DNA of 64,000 bases from an uncultured Planctomycetota bacterium (GCA_963845755.1 CAWJTV010000005.1:448001-512000), one strand, 5' to 3'. Positions 37,901 to 48,853 are shown, numbered from the stretch's first letter. Notes: generated from the sequence alone by a model not told the origin. Translations and numbers: made by a program.

Positions 37901-40212
37901 CATCCAACTGGCGGTCGAACCGCTGCCACAGGGGGTACTAGGTGAAACGCTCGTCACCCAGTACGGTCCGAATGAACTTCCCTCCGCCGGCACGATCCTG
38001 ATCAGTCCGGATGCCGATGGCGTCGGTTGGTTCGTCGATTCCACGCCGCTGGACCATCAGGAGTTCGGCGACGTCCTCAGCCCGACCGCGTTCCAGGCCC
38101 TGCCCGGCTCGCCCGCCGCGGGCCAGTACGACCTGTACACGACCATCCTGCACGAGATCGGCCATCTCCTCGGCTTCTACGCCGCTGACCCCGTGATGGC
38201 CAGTCACGTGCAGACCATTGCGGGCTCGGAGCTCTTCATCGGTCCCGGCTTCAACGCCACCGTCGCGGCCGGGGGCAGCGAACTCGACCCGGTCGTTTAT
38301 CCCTTTGACGTCATGGGCGAGACACTCTCGCCGGGGATCCGGAAGCTCCCCTCCGCCCTGGACGTCCAGATCATCGACGCCCTGCGGGCCGACGCCGCCA
38401 GCATCGCCGCCTCGCGCAGCAATTGGCTGCTGAACTTTGTGCCGGCCAATGGATCCGCACCGGCCGCAACCTATGCCGCAGCCGGATCGCCAACCAGCGC
38501 GGGGATGACCCTGACGACTCAAGGCACAGCTCACCCGCTGCCCGTGGTCGTCGCTGGATTCACCACCGCCGCGCCGCTTTCCGGCCCGGCCGCCGGAACG
38601 GCTGCGACCGGCACCGCCGCAGCGGCTCTCCAGGCCCAAGATCCCAACGGCTGGACCATCCGCGGCTCCGGCACGGTCAACGGCGATCAGCTCACGATCC
38701 AGGAAGATGCGCGGCTCATCACCGTCTTCTCGAAGCCGTTCGTCGTGCCGGTCAACCCGGCCGCGCTCCAGTTCACCATCACCGGCGACGCGCTCGCTTC
38801 CAATGGTCCCGGCGCTCCGCCCGACGCCTTCGAGGCGGCGATCCTCGATGCCCAGACCATGGCTCCGCTGGCCGACACCGCGACCGGCTTGACCCACACC
38901 GACTCCCTCCTCAACATCCAGGCGAATGGCCAGGTCTTCTTCAGCCCGCGCGTGACGGTCTCCGGCGTGTCCGCCTCCGGCCAGGCCGCCGCGCTCGACC
39001 ACGCCCTGACGGTCACCATCGACCTGCACGGTCTCACCCCCGGCACCCAGGCCACCCTCGACCTCGACCTGCTCGGCTTCGGCCCGGCCACTAGCTCCGT
39101 CACCCTCCTCATGGGCAGCCCCAATGGACACGGCGGGGGAGGTGGGGCGGGTGGAGGCGGCGGGGGCGGATCGGGCGGCGGCAGCGGCGGATCGGGCGGC
39201 GGTAACGGAGACGGGACCGGCCAGGGCGGCGGGACAGGTCAGGGTAGCGGCGGCGGTTCGGGACAAGGGCAAGGCGGCGGAACCGGCCGGGGCCAGGGCG
39301 ACGGGACGGGCCAGGGCAACGGCGGGTCCGGCGGAGGCAACGCCGGTGGCGGCAACTCCTCCGGCGGAGGTGGGGCGACGGGCGGCATCGGCACGGGTTC
39401 GGCCGGCGAAGGCAGGTCGGGCGGTGGCTTCGGAAACAACACCGGCACCGGACCGGGCGAACCGGGTGCGAGCAACGGCCTGTCTCTCGGAGGGCTCCTC
39501 GCCGGTGATGCATTCGTCGCGGGGCCGTCGATGATGGCCCTGAATGGGCTCTTTTTCACGGGCGCCGAGGCCCCCGAGCCGGCCGTCGCCTATGCCGCAG
39601 CCTCGATCCCCTCCTCGTCCGCGATCGTCGCGGGCCTCCCGGCCCAGGGGCCGTTGGACCGGCTCGGCGACGATTTCCGGACTGACGACGAGGTCCCCGA
39701 ATCGGGCGAGGACATCGATCGCTTCTGGCCCTGGCTCGACGGTGACCTGGAGGACAGGAAAGACCGCGACGGCAGGGAGCCCGCGCAGGACGGGATGATC
39801 GAATGGCGGCTCCCGGCAGTCGAGCCGGTTGTCCGGGACGTCGTGACCATCGCCCCCCGCCGGAGCCCAGCCGCACCCGGTGAGACGCCCGGAGCGATCC
39901 TGGATCAATTCGCCGCCCTGGCCCCGCCAGTACACGGCCGTCCTGGCCGACGCAGTTTTCCTCGGCGCGGGCGACGAGCCGCTCACCGCCCCGGACGCCG
40001 ATGAGCTGGCGCAGGCGCTGCTGACACCGCATCGGCGCAAGGCGCAACGCGCCCATCCCGTCAGCCGGCTGACCTGGCTGGGGGCACTGGCGATGCTGCA
40101 GGGGCCGGGGTTGCCGCACCGCCATCCCGAGCCATCCCGGCCTGGACGGCGAGTCTCCACGAGGCCCAGCCATCGCCCGGGGGCCGTCCCGCGTGGGGCC
40201 GCCGGGCCCTGA
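10067..40212 (+). CDS. Giant exported multidomain adhesin/Rhs protein, about 10,000 aa if contiguous (many apparent frameshifts)
   Basis: Successive ORFs (10067, 16924, 22166, 22581, 22903, 24572, 28089, 35451, 37890, 39880) join with continuous domain sequence across the breaks. Continuity across 36.4-37.9 kb is uncertain. Confidence 0.7.
10535..11269 (+). repeat. Identical 120-bp direct repeat (10535-10654 and 11150-11269) within the beta-helix coding region
   Basis: Both copies read gtcctcgacggccgcacgctgatc...gaccaggccggggcc. Confidence 0.9.
16890..28090 (+). CDS. Giant protein part 2: CARDB, beta-propeller, putative Ig (He_PIG-like) repeats, short DUF6531/YD module, dockerin-I, Ig domains
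   Basis: LP.GA..DP.TG...WTP repeats; RAYDSL...GSFGYGWRL followed by YD units (about 24860-25560); GDVDGNGSVDGLD...DANDDGVIDASD dockerin (about 25973-26137). Confidence 0.85.
28089..36366 (+). CDS. Giant protein part 3: YncE-like propeller, DUF6531, long RHS/YD repeat shell and Rhs core
   Basis: GVDIWDGHL..DVLIPGRGLDLDFTRSYSS..GPLGAGW; dozens of T.YxYD..xR units; YLLDGLGST...YEYDAWG; NPLRYIDPTG at 36337-36366. Confidence 0.9.
36367..37880 (+). other. Lower-GC, fragmented segment after the Rhs cleavage motif (candidate polymorphic payload/toxin domain)
   Basis: Starts immediately after PxxxxDPxG; visibly more A/T-rich than its flanks; no recognisable family. Confidence 0.55.
37890..40212 (+). 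CDS. HExxH zincin/matrixin-like domain, beta-sandwich, Gly-rich linker and C-terminal tail (end of the giant gene or a separate gene)
   Basis: DADGVGWFVDSTPLD..EF...DLYTTILHEIGHLLG (HEIGH at 38151-38165); GGGTGQG repeats at about 39130-39470. Confidence 0.75.
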
Positions 40213-40225
40213 AGGAGAATGGAAC

Positions 40226-40912
40226 ATGCGCCGTTCTTATTTGGTCGCCGGGCCGTTGATCTTGATCACTCGGCTCGCTGATCCCGCCGATCTGCCCGCG
40301 CAGACCCGGGCCGCCCCGTTGTATGCCCTTCCGGCTGACAAGTCCTGGGTCGAGTACAACTGGGAGGCGACCAGTCCCGGCGGAGTCCGACGGGTCGGAA
40401 CCCTGCGTATCAGCTCGGTTGGGACCTCTAGGCTCAATGGCGTCCCTCACCGCTGGGTCGAGATCACCAAGGAGGTTCGCGACGGCAGCCGAGTCCAGCG
40501 GCGTACGCGCACGCTGCTCGTCGACGAATTTGCGATGGCGGCCGGCAGGCCGTTGTACGAGGTTGTGGCCCGGGGATACGAACAGGCCAGCGGAGGCCGC
40601 GACGTCCCCCTGTCCAAGGACCGGATGCGCGTGTTCGCCGGGCTGGGGATCCAGTGGGACCGGGAGGCCCTGCGTGAGGTTGCCACCGGCGAGGAGGTTC
40701 GAACGTCGCTGGGGACCTTCCGCACCCGGCACGTTACGTCCAGCGGGAGCACGGCGGGCCGCATCCTGGTGTATCACGGCTGGCTGTGCCCGGACCTGCC
40801 GTTCGGTTGGGCACGGATGGAGATCCGTCAGCCGGACGGCGACGGCCCACCTCGAATCGTTTTTCGTGCCAGTGCATCCCGGACGGGCCGATCGGCTCCG
40901 ACGGGCGGGTGA
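40226..40912 (+). CDS. Hypothetical, probably exported beta-rich protein
   Basis: AAGGAG RBS directly after the upstream stop; intact ORF with GC-rich codon use; V.T.LGTF.T and W..PDLPFG motifs. Confidence 0.7.
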   Translation: MRRSYLVAGPLILITRLADPADLPAQTRAAPLYALPADKSWVEYNWEATSPGGVRRVGTLRISSVGTSRLNGVPHRWVEITKEVRDGSRVQRRTRTLLVDEFAMAAGRPLYEVVARGYEQASGGRDVPLSKDRMRVFAGLGIQWDREALREVATGEEVRTSLGTFRTRHVTSSGSTAGRILVYHGWLCPDLPFGWARMEIRQPDGDGPPRIVFRASASRTGRSAPTGG

Positions 40913-43246
40913 GGGCCCTGCGGGCGATCAGACCCTCGGTCGGTGTGCGAGGGGACGCCAGCCCGATGCCGGGCCACGGTCAATCCCGTCGCCTCGTCGC
41001 CGCCGATGACCTCGGATCATTCGCCCCGGGGCCTGGCAGTGTCGCCGGTGACTCCCGGCATTCCCCTGACTACGGCCTTAATGGCCGCACGACAGGCGCG
41101 GCGCCAGCGGTGAACTTCGCCCACGCTCGGGTCCGTGATCACTCTCGGGCTTGGTGGCGATGGCGACTTGATCATCAGGTCCGAGGGCAGGTGGCCATAC
41201 CATGACCACGTCATCCGCACCCTTGACGAGGAAAAGCTCGCAGAGAAGCGAGCCGAAAGCCCACGCCCTTGTGGGGGCAGGATGATGAGCGCGTCCGGTC
41301 GGAATGCGACCGGTGAGTTCTGGTGCGTTGGACCATGCTGCCTCGAGGACCGCTTCTTGGGAACGGAAGGTTCGGCGGGTTGCCGGGAGAAAGTCCCTCC
41401 CCGGCATCAAACCCTTTCAGGGCCGGGAAACGATGGCGTGGCAATAGCCAAGCAAGCCCCTGAATACGGTCCGGATTGTCGCAAGGCGGCTGGGACCGAT
41501 CGTACAACTGAGCGGGCTCGAACGAGGCGGCCATGACCACCGAAGGCTCGGGGAAAGCCGGCATACAGAACGTGTAACCCGGTGAACTCAACGGATCAAA
41601 GGTTTCGGACCACCGAATCCTGTCCCATCGGGGCTGCGGTGCGCCCATCTCTTGTGGGTCGCATAACGCTATCGCGAATACGACCGGCCTTGCTAACCTT
41701 CGCGTGCGTCGGTGCGACGACACCGAAGCGTTCTTGAGCTCTGCATGACTGGTTCGCGCAGGTACCTCGAAGGGGCCTTCCTCGTGGAATCGAGCAGCCG
41801 CAACAGTTAGAGCCCGACCCCGCTCGAGGTCTCAGCTCGACCCGTTCCGCAGCGATCAGGGCACCGCTCCTCAGCTCTCGACGTACGAGCATCGGCTGGG
41901 AGTCCAATCTCTGCGACGTCCGCGATAATCAGCGTAGGCGCCACGCGAGGGCCCCTACACGGGCACCCACGATGGACCCTCATCGGTCCGGTTGCACCGC
42001 GATGCCGGACGATAGATTCCTGTGACGACGGAGGCACTACGTCTGCTACTTCCAGCCGCCGCAATGGCGGGTCTCTGGGATCGTTCCCTATGGAGACCCA
42101 CCCGATCCGGTCTGCGGCGGGAGCGGCGACGGGACCCACCGGCGGCGGCCAGCGGTCAGTCGGCCGCAAAGCCGGCACATGCCTTCCGGCCCGCGCTGCC
42201 GTGGAGATGGATGGCGCCGGATGCCAACGAGGAGGACGACCTGATCGTCAATTCGGATGACGTAGCGTTCCCTTGGAGGTGAATAGCGCAGGATACCCGT
42301 GACGGGCGCAGGCGGGAGAAAGAAGGTAACCGTCAGGATGGTCGCCCGGGGCCCGAAGGCGAAAGTGGCAGCCCGCCGTGTGCCGGCTACGCGGGCGTGC
42401 GACGGATCGGGTCGTCTTGTGGGGAACCTCAAGATCCCGATCACCGGTGTCGAGCAGGACGACGAGGGACGGAGCGGCGACAGACGGAGCGGCGGCACGC
42501 GAGGGGGCCGCCGCCAGCGGTCTCGAGGGGCACCGTCGGCGGAAACACGATCTGGTGGGTTTCCCGTGTCGGTGGTGAGTGCAGACCGCCCTGGGCGACC
42601 CCGGCCCGGCACGCCCCGAAACCCAGGCCAACAAGTCGTCGTGCGTCTCAAGCGGGTCGTGGCGGCGGGAAGACCACACGGCCGAAACCCGTCGTCAATC
42701 CCAGGTGTGGATGCGGTGTGCATTGAACTCGAGGTCGCCGCGATCGGGTCTTCCCAATGGCCGCGCCCCAAGGGAACACGAGCGACGGCTGGTCCCCGAT
42801 CGCCGCGGCGAGGAAAGACCTCAAGGCGGCGGCCCGGTCCTGGGTTTAGGTAACGGCGATTCCTGGTGCGTCGCCGGCTCGAATGGTGTCGTTCGGGTGG
42901 GTCGATGAAGCGAAGCAAGCCGCGATCGGGACATCCCGGCCTGCGGCTCTGACGACCGCCGCTCTGGCGAACATCCCCAGGATATCGTTGGGATGGTGTT
43001 CGCGTCCGGCACCCTGCCAGGTCCAGTCGCCGTAGACGCGATCCGATAAAGGAGGATTCTGCCGGCCCTTTGGAGGAGCCACGACGGCTGGACCTGCCGC
43101 TCCACTCTGGCCGGCCCAGAAGATGACCATCGCAGGCATCGTAGGTCGCCGTACAAGTCGTCAAACGGGCTTCGACTTCAACGCGGCCGACAAGTGATCG
43201 GATCGGTCATAATCGCCGATGGCAAAACGATCGGTGCCGCCCTCCC

Positions 43247-43427
43247 GATGCGCCAGCCGGAACACCAGGACCGGAACCGACTAACGTTAGGCAGACGGAA
43301 GATCATAGCCGGTCCATGATCGAGGCGGTCAGTCCGTCGAATGCGGGCGATGCTCAGGCCCAGTGGACCCGTTATTTTCTTCCGTTCGCCTAACGTTAAT
43401 CCGATTCGGTGCGGATCCGCTGGCATC
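43247..43427. repeat. About 180-bp imperfect inverted repeat (MITE/REP-like hairpin)
   Basis: Left arm ctaacgttaggcagacggaaga..ggtcca pairs with right arm tggacc..tcttccgttcgcctaacgttaa. Confidence 0.65.
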
Positions 43428-43772
43428 ACCCGGCGTCGCCCGAAGATCCATACAGTCCTCGAAGGATTACGACATCGGGTCACCGTCCGAGGTCGTCGAG
43501 CAGGCCGGCAGCAGGAAGCTTGAGATCGTCGCCATGACGCGATCGAGTGGCACCACGGCCATACCGTCCCTCTTGTCGGCGATGTCAACGATCATCCTCT
43601 CGACCGCGAGAGATCATGGGCAGGATTTGCGAATGCCCGGACCTCGTCCACCCGTTGTGCTCTCGTCGGTTTGTGTGCCCTTACGAGGTCGCTCAGTGGC
43701 CCGGCTCGCCGAGCCGATGCACTGAACTTTCCCGAAACCGCCGCGACGAGCCCGGACCGCTGGCGCGTCGGG

Positions 43773-44616
43773 TTAGACCGAGTTCCCCCGCAACTGGAAC
43801 GGCGGTGGCTGACGTCCGTCGAGGTCCTGGAAGCCATACTCGAGTGCCAGGTCGCCGACGGTGAACACGCCGCCGGACTTCTGCATGATCACGGGGTCCG
43901 AGGCCAGAGCCCGCACGGCCCGCCCCAGGTACTCCGGCGTCTCGGTCGCGCCCAGGTCAAAAGGATGGGCGGCATGGGCCGCCATGACCCGTTCCGTCCG
44001 CATGAAGCCGGGGGCCAGCGCCAGGGCCGACACGCCGTGGGGCCGGAGGTCCTTCGCCATCCCGGAAATCATCCGAATGATGGCCGCCTTGGATACGTCG
44101 TAGAAGAGGTTCCCCAGGTACTCGCCGTCGGCCCAGGCGATCGTGCTGACGACCAGCCCTCCCCGCCGGTGGAGCATCAGCGGGGCGGCGAATTGGCTGG
44201 CCACCAGGTGCGCCCGCAGGCCGGCGACGAACATCCCCTGCCACTGGGACCGGGGCTGCTCCCAGAACGGGGCCATGGTGATCCCCGTCGGTTGGCCCTC
44301 ATAGCCGCCCCAGGCTTTGTTCACGAGCAGATCGAGTCGCCCCTGTTCGGCCCGGACGCGCTCGAAGAGTGCCTCGACCTCGACATCGACGGTGTGATCG
44401 CAGCGGACGGGCACCCCGATGCCGCCGCGTGCCACCACCTCGTCGGCGGTGTCCTCGATCGTGCCCGGCAACCGGTCGGTGGTCGGGTGGCCGCGGACGC
44501 TGCGTCCGGTGACATACACCGTCGCCCCGGCCTCGCCGAGTACCACCGCGATGGCCCGCCCGGCTCCACGGACTGGCCCCGGTGACAACGGCGATCCGAT
44601 CGCTGAGAGTTTGCAA
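43773..44616 (-). CDS. SDR family oxidoreductase (DHRS1-like), frameshift near 44572
   Basis: IAVVTGAS(R)GAGRAIA, VYVTGRS, CDH, GRLDLLVN, YDVSK catalytic motif, PGFMRTE; TTG start with GGAGG RBS. Confidence 0.9.
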
Positions 44617-46384
44617 CGCTTGACCTCCACGCCGCCTGATCGAAGAACTCAGCGGCCCGGGCCGCCGAGTCGAGGCGTCAATTCTCCGAGGAGCCGCCCC
44701 GGCTGACCGAGGCCGATACGGCGCGCCTCGTCAGGCCGAATTCCGCGGGGGCCTCGGGACCTAATGCACGACCCCGACGACCGTACCAACCAGCCAGCCG
44801 ATCGTACAGTCCGCAACGACCACGAACCAGTCCGGGTCCGACCACGGCTGGCCGAACAGGCCGCTCGCCAGGGCAACCAGCGGGCCGCTTCCTCGACGGC
44901 GCGCCGGATTCCCGGCCCTTCCAGCCTGCCTGGACCGTGCCCCGTTTGCAATCAGATTCACCGTCAGCGCTCGGTGGGCGTCTTGAAAGTTGGTGGATTT
45001 TTTGTACACAAGAGGGATTGCGGACGTTGTTGAGGAGAATTGCGCCCAGGAAATGGAGTCTGTCATGCCAGCCGCTCCCTTGTCAGCCGAGAAGCAGGCC
45101 GAGATCGATGACCTCGCCCGAGCCATCCATGAGGCCGTCGACGCCGAGATCGGCGAACTCGCTGCCACCCTCGCCACCACCGACGATGCCCACGTCTTCG
45201 GCGACAACGAATTCCGGATTCGCGCCCTCGCCCACAAGATTGCCGCCAAGGCCCTCGCACAGCGACTGGCGCAAAAAAAAATGGATACCACGGCTCCAGT
45301 GTGACCTGCCCCCACTGTGGGATGACCGCCGAATTCCACTCGCACCGCGCCCCTACCCCTCTGAGCCTTGTCGGTCCTGTCCCCTACCAGCGCCTATTAT
45401 CTCTGCCGGTGCTGTGGCCAGGGGAGCTTCCCGTTCGATGAGGCGGCGGGCTTGACGGCACGGAAGCTGACACCCGCTTTGGAGCGGGTCACGACCTTGG
45501 CCGGGACGGTCGCCGACAGTTTCGAGAAGGGGGGCGAACTGCTCGAAGAGATGGCCGGCGTTCGGCTCGGGGAATCCACGGTCGAACGAACCACCGAAGG
45601 CGCGGGTCAACGGCTAGCGGACGTCGTGCAGGCCGGTGTGGCGCTGGGTCCCAAGGGGGATTGGCCCTGGCACAAGGACTACGACGGCCGCCGATGTGCC
45701 TACGTCGAACTCGACGCCACTGGCGTCCGGCAGCAAGGCCAGGCCGGCGGCGCCGCCGAGGGCCGGATGGCCTACGTGGGGATGGTCTGCAACCCCAGTC
45801 CCGAATGGCCGTGGCCGGACGAGAAGCCGTTGCCGATGCAGGCGCGTTACCTCTCGGGGATGTACTCCTTGGAAGACTTCGGTCCGCTGCTCCGCACGCC
45901 GGCCGGGCACGTCGGCATGGATCGGGCCGATCGTTGGATCGGGCTCTCCGACGGCGGCAATGGGCTGGAGGACCGGCTGCGGGAGAACTTCCCGCGAGTG
46001 GAAGTGATCATCCTTGACTTCTTTCACCCCGCGGAGAAGCTCACCGGACTGGCACGGCTGCTTTACCCTCAGGACGAGGACCAATCCGAGGATCAAGCGC
46101 GGCAATGGTGTCATCTCCTGAAGGAGGAAGGGGGCGCGGTTCTGGCGGCGGTCCTGCGCGAAGGGGACTGGCCGCGCCGGGTGGGCCTGAGCGAGGCCGT
46201 CGACGAACTGGTCGGTTACCTCCAGCGGAACGCGCATCGGATGGAGTACCCCGAATACTTGGCCCACGGCTGGTGCATCGGCAGTGGCGCGGTGGAGCGC
46301 GCGTGCAAAACGGTCGTGGGCCAACGACTGAAGTTGGCCGGCATGTGGCCTGCTCCCCATTTCTTGGTCCAGTGATAATGGGAA

Positions 46385-47287
46385 TCACCTGTTCGTTGAT
46401 TCAGTAGACGAGGGATCGGGCGGGTCTTCATCGATAGGCACATACCTCACACAAGTGGCCGCGAATTCGGCCGGTGTCTGATATCCCAGGGAACTGTGCG
46501 GGCGTTCGGTATTGTACTCCTCCATCCAGAGCGCGCCCAACGCCCTGGCCTGCGGTTCGCTCTCGAATTCCTCGCGGTTCAGGAACTCGTCACGGACCTT
46601 GCTATGAAACGACTCCGCATAACCGTTCTGCCAGGGGCTCCCCGGCGCCACGGGCCAGGTCCCGGAGCCGGTGTCCTCCAGCCACGACCGCACCACCTCG
46701 GCAACGAACTCCGGCCCGTTGTCGCTTCGCATCCGGCACGGCGGGCCGCCGCGACCGGCCGCGACTTCGGCCAGGATGACCCGGATGTCCTCGGCCGTCA
46801 TACCCCGGCGCGGCTCCAAGGCCAAGCATTCTCGAGTATATTCATCAACAATACTCAGCCATTTGAGACTTCGACCGTCACTGGTACGGTCGAAGATAAA
46901 GTCCCATGTCCATACGTCGTTTTTCCCGCGCGCGGGCCGGAGGTGGCAGGCATTCTCGTCCTGCCCATGAGCCCGGCGCGGCTTGGGATTGGCCCGCGGT
47001 TGGGCCACTTTCAGCCCCAGCTCGCGATAGAGTTGACGCACGGCCTTCTTGTTGACCGTCCAGCCCTCGCGATCCAGCAAGGCCCAGATCCGCCGGTAGC
47101 CGAACCGCGGTCGGGCCCCGGCCAGTTCCTCGATGCGTCGAGCCAGCGCCACCTGCTCATCGCGAACGACCGGCGCGTAGCGAAGGCCGGACCGGGCCAG
47201 GTCCAGCGCCCGCGACGCGCGGCGTTGAGATACGTGGAATTCTTCACATAATTCTTTGACGATCATGCGGCGTCTGGGGGCAGTCAT
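46385..47287 (-). CDS. IS3 transposase OrfB (DDE integrase core)
   Basis: FGYRRI, WTWDF, IVDEYTRE, SDNGPEF, PWQNGYAESF, YNTERPHSSLGY. Confidence 0.93.
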   Translation of the reverse strand: MTAPRRRMIVKELCEEFHVSQRRASRALDLARSGLRYAPVVRDEQVALARRIEELAGARPRFGYRRIWALLDREGWTVNKKAVRQLYRELGLKVAQPRANPKPRRAHGQDENACHLRPARGKNDVWTWDFIFDRTSDGRSLKWLSIVDEYTRECLALEPRRGMTAEDIRVILAEVAAGRGGPPCRMRSDNGPEFVAEVVRSWLEDTGSGTWPVAPGSPWQNGYAESFHSKVRDEFLNREEFESEPQARALGALWMEEYNTERPHSSLGYQTPAEFAATCVRYVPIDEDPPDPSSTESTNR

Positions 47288-47559
47288 GGCTTTTTTTTCA
47301 AGGCCTCCTGGAGCATGCGGCGGTCCAGCGCCAGCTCGGCGACCAGGAGCTTGAGGCGATCGATTTCGGCTTCGAGTTCTGAAATGTGAAATTGTTCACG
47401 CGATATAGGTTCCTCCTGGAGAGCCTTCCAGCGGTAGTAGGTCGTCGGTCCGATGCCGGCCTTGCGGCAGGCCTGGTGGAGGGTCAAGCCGGCGTCGAGG
47501 TCGGCTTGGAAGTCTCGAAGGATGGATGCAATCTGGTCCGGACTCGGTCGTTTTCGCAT
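47284..47559 (-). CDS. IS3 transposase OrfA (HTH)
   Basis: ACRKAGI..TYYRWK...LEAEIDRLKLLVAELALD; ends in an A8G frameshift signal. Confidence 0.9.
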   Translation of the reverse strand: MRKRPSPDQIASILRDFQADLDAGLTLHQACRKAGIGPTTYYRWKALQEEPISREQFHISELEAEIDRLKLLVAELALDRRMLQEALKKKP

Positions 47560-48853
47560 GGGTCGCTCCCTGGCTCTGTGCCAGTTGTACGATCCCCATT
47601 AAGACTGGACCAGGTTTTGGGGGGCAGGCCAATGCGTTGGGGCGAGGACGGAGCCAATGCCGTTTGCCACCTCCGCGCGCTCTACCGCAGCGAAAAAGGC
47701 CAATGGGAAGCCTTCTGGAGCCGCGATTTCTCGCACAACTGATCGCCTGTACCACCAACTAATGTGACGCACACCGCTCGACGGATCCGTCGCGAACGGC
47801 GGCCCGTCCGCGATCGGCATCCCGTCTTCGACCGGCGACACCCCTTCTTCATCGGCCTCGCCGGACGGATGGGCCTTGGGGAACGAGGCCGGCGCACGGG
47901 AAGCCGCAATGATTGTCGTGACAGGCGGCAACCTCCTGCGCCAACAACACCGGAGGGCGGCGCCACGAAGCCAGACCGGGCCTTTGTCTCTGCATCGCGG
48001 CCCACCCCTTGCCAACTCGCTACGACGTTCGGCCGTTCTCTCATCAGGTCGTTGACTCCGCCGAACGACGACGGAACGGAGTCGTTGAGGAGGTACGCCC
48101 GATCGCTGCGATACCTGGTGAAGCCGATATTGCCTTCAACTCGTGGAACCTCGGCCGCCGTCGACGCGCCCGCCGCCAGACTTGCCGGGCGCCGCCCGTG
48201 GCGGGTCTCAAAGGTCGCTCTCTCTGGAGACCCAGCCGGCCAGGTCTGCGACGGGAGCGCCCATGGGACCTCCCAGGCGGCGGCCCGCGGTGGCTACCTG
48301 ACTGCGGACCCGGCGCAGGCGTCGTTTCCGGTCTCGCCATCTCGTCGCGTCCAGGCCGAAGGTTCCTCACTCCGTCACGCGGCTCGGTGCCTTCGGCGAC
48401 ATCACGAGGGCAAGGCGCGGGATGCAAGCCCGGGCGCAAGTGGGACGGCCGCGGAAACCACCCGCCTGGTCCCTCTGCGTCCCTGGCGGATTCACCGAGC
48501 CACGGGGGTCGGCCACGAGCGCAAGCGAAGGCTCGGGTCGTGCTGCGCGGCGAGCCCAGAGATGAAGGAAGTTGCCCGGGACGACGCAGGCCCGGAGCAG
48601 CAAAGTTCAGGGGGCCGCCGCAACCAGTCCTGAAGACGCTGCCGACGGAAACCCGAGCTGAAGGGGTTTCGGCAGCAGCGGCCAAGCGACTGCCCGGGCG
48701 GCCCCCGGCTCAGAACCCTCGGGTATCCAGGCCACCCGGTCTGTGAATCGTCGCTAGTCTGGCAATCGAACCCACACATTCATCGGTCACAAATCGCACG
48801 TGAATTGCGCCATGGTCAGCCCCGATAACCAACGCATCATCTCGGGTCTTCGA

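Larger units (their letters stand above)
46346..47631 (-). mobile_element. IS3-family insertion sequence (1286 bp)
   Basis: TG...CA ends with imperfect IRs (tggcctgctcccc..tggtccagt / actggacca..ggggcaggcca); 3-bp ATG target duplication at 46343-45 and 47632-34. Confidence 0.93.
45053..47742 (+). pseudogene. ISKra4 (UPF0236-like) transposase with A9 slippery site, disrupted by IS3
   Basis: A-run at 45273-45281, then CPHC/CRCC, SDGGNG, ILDFFH, IGSGAVE.ACKTVV..RLK.AGM|RW; the last 36 aa resume after the IS3. Confidence 0.85.
44973..47775 (+). mobile_element. ISKra4-family insertion sequence, interrupted by an IS3 element
   Basis: Imperfect 25-bp terminal IRs (GGTGGGCGTCTTGAAAGTTGGTGGA / ACCACCAACTAATGTGACGCACACC); GCTC repeated on both flanks. 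Confidence 0.8.

Noticed and set aside
39130..39470. G-rich tandem repeats as a possible CRISPR or non-coding array
   Set aside because: In-frame Gly-rich coding sequence. No repeat-spacer structure or cas genes were seen anywhere in the window.
40913..43240. ORFs and hairpins as a possible group II intron or ncRNA
   Set aside because: No RT motifs, no domain V/VI hairpin and no coherent ORF could be recognised.
44761..48015. Gene interrupted by the ISKra4 insertion
   Set aside because: Joining the flanks at GCTC does not put the two candidate minus-strand ORF pieces in frame.
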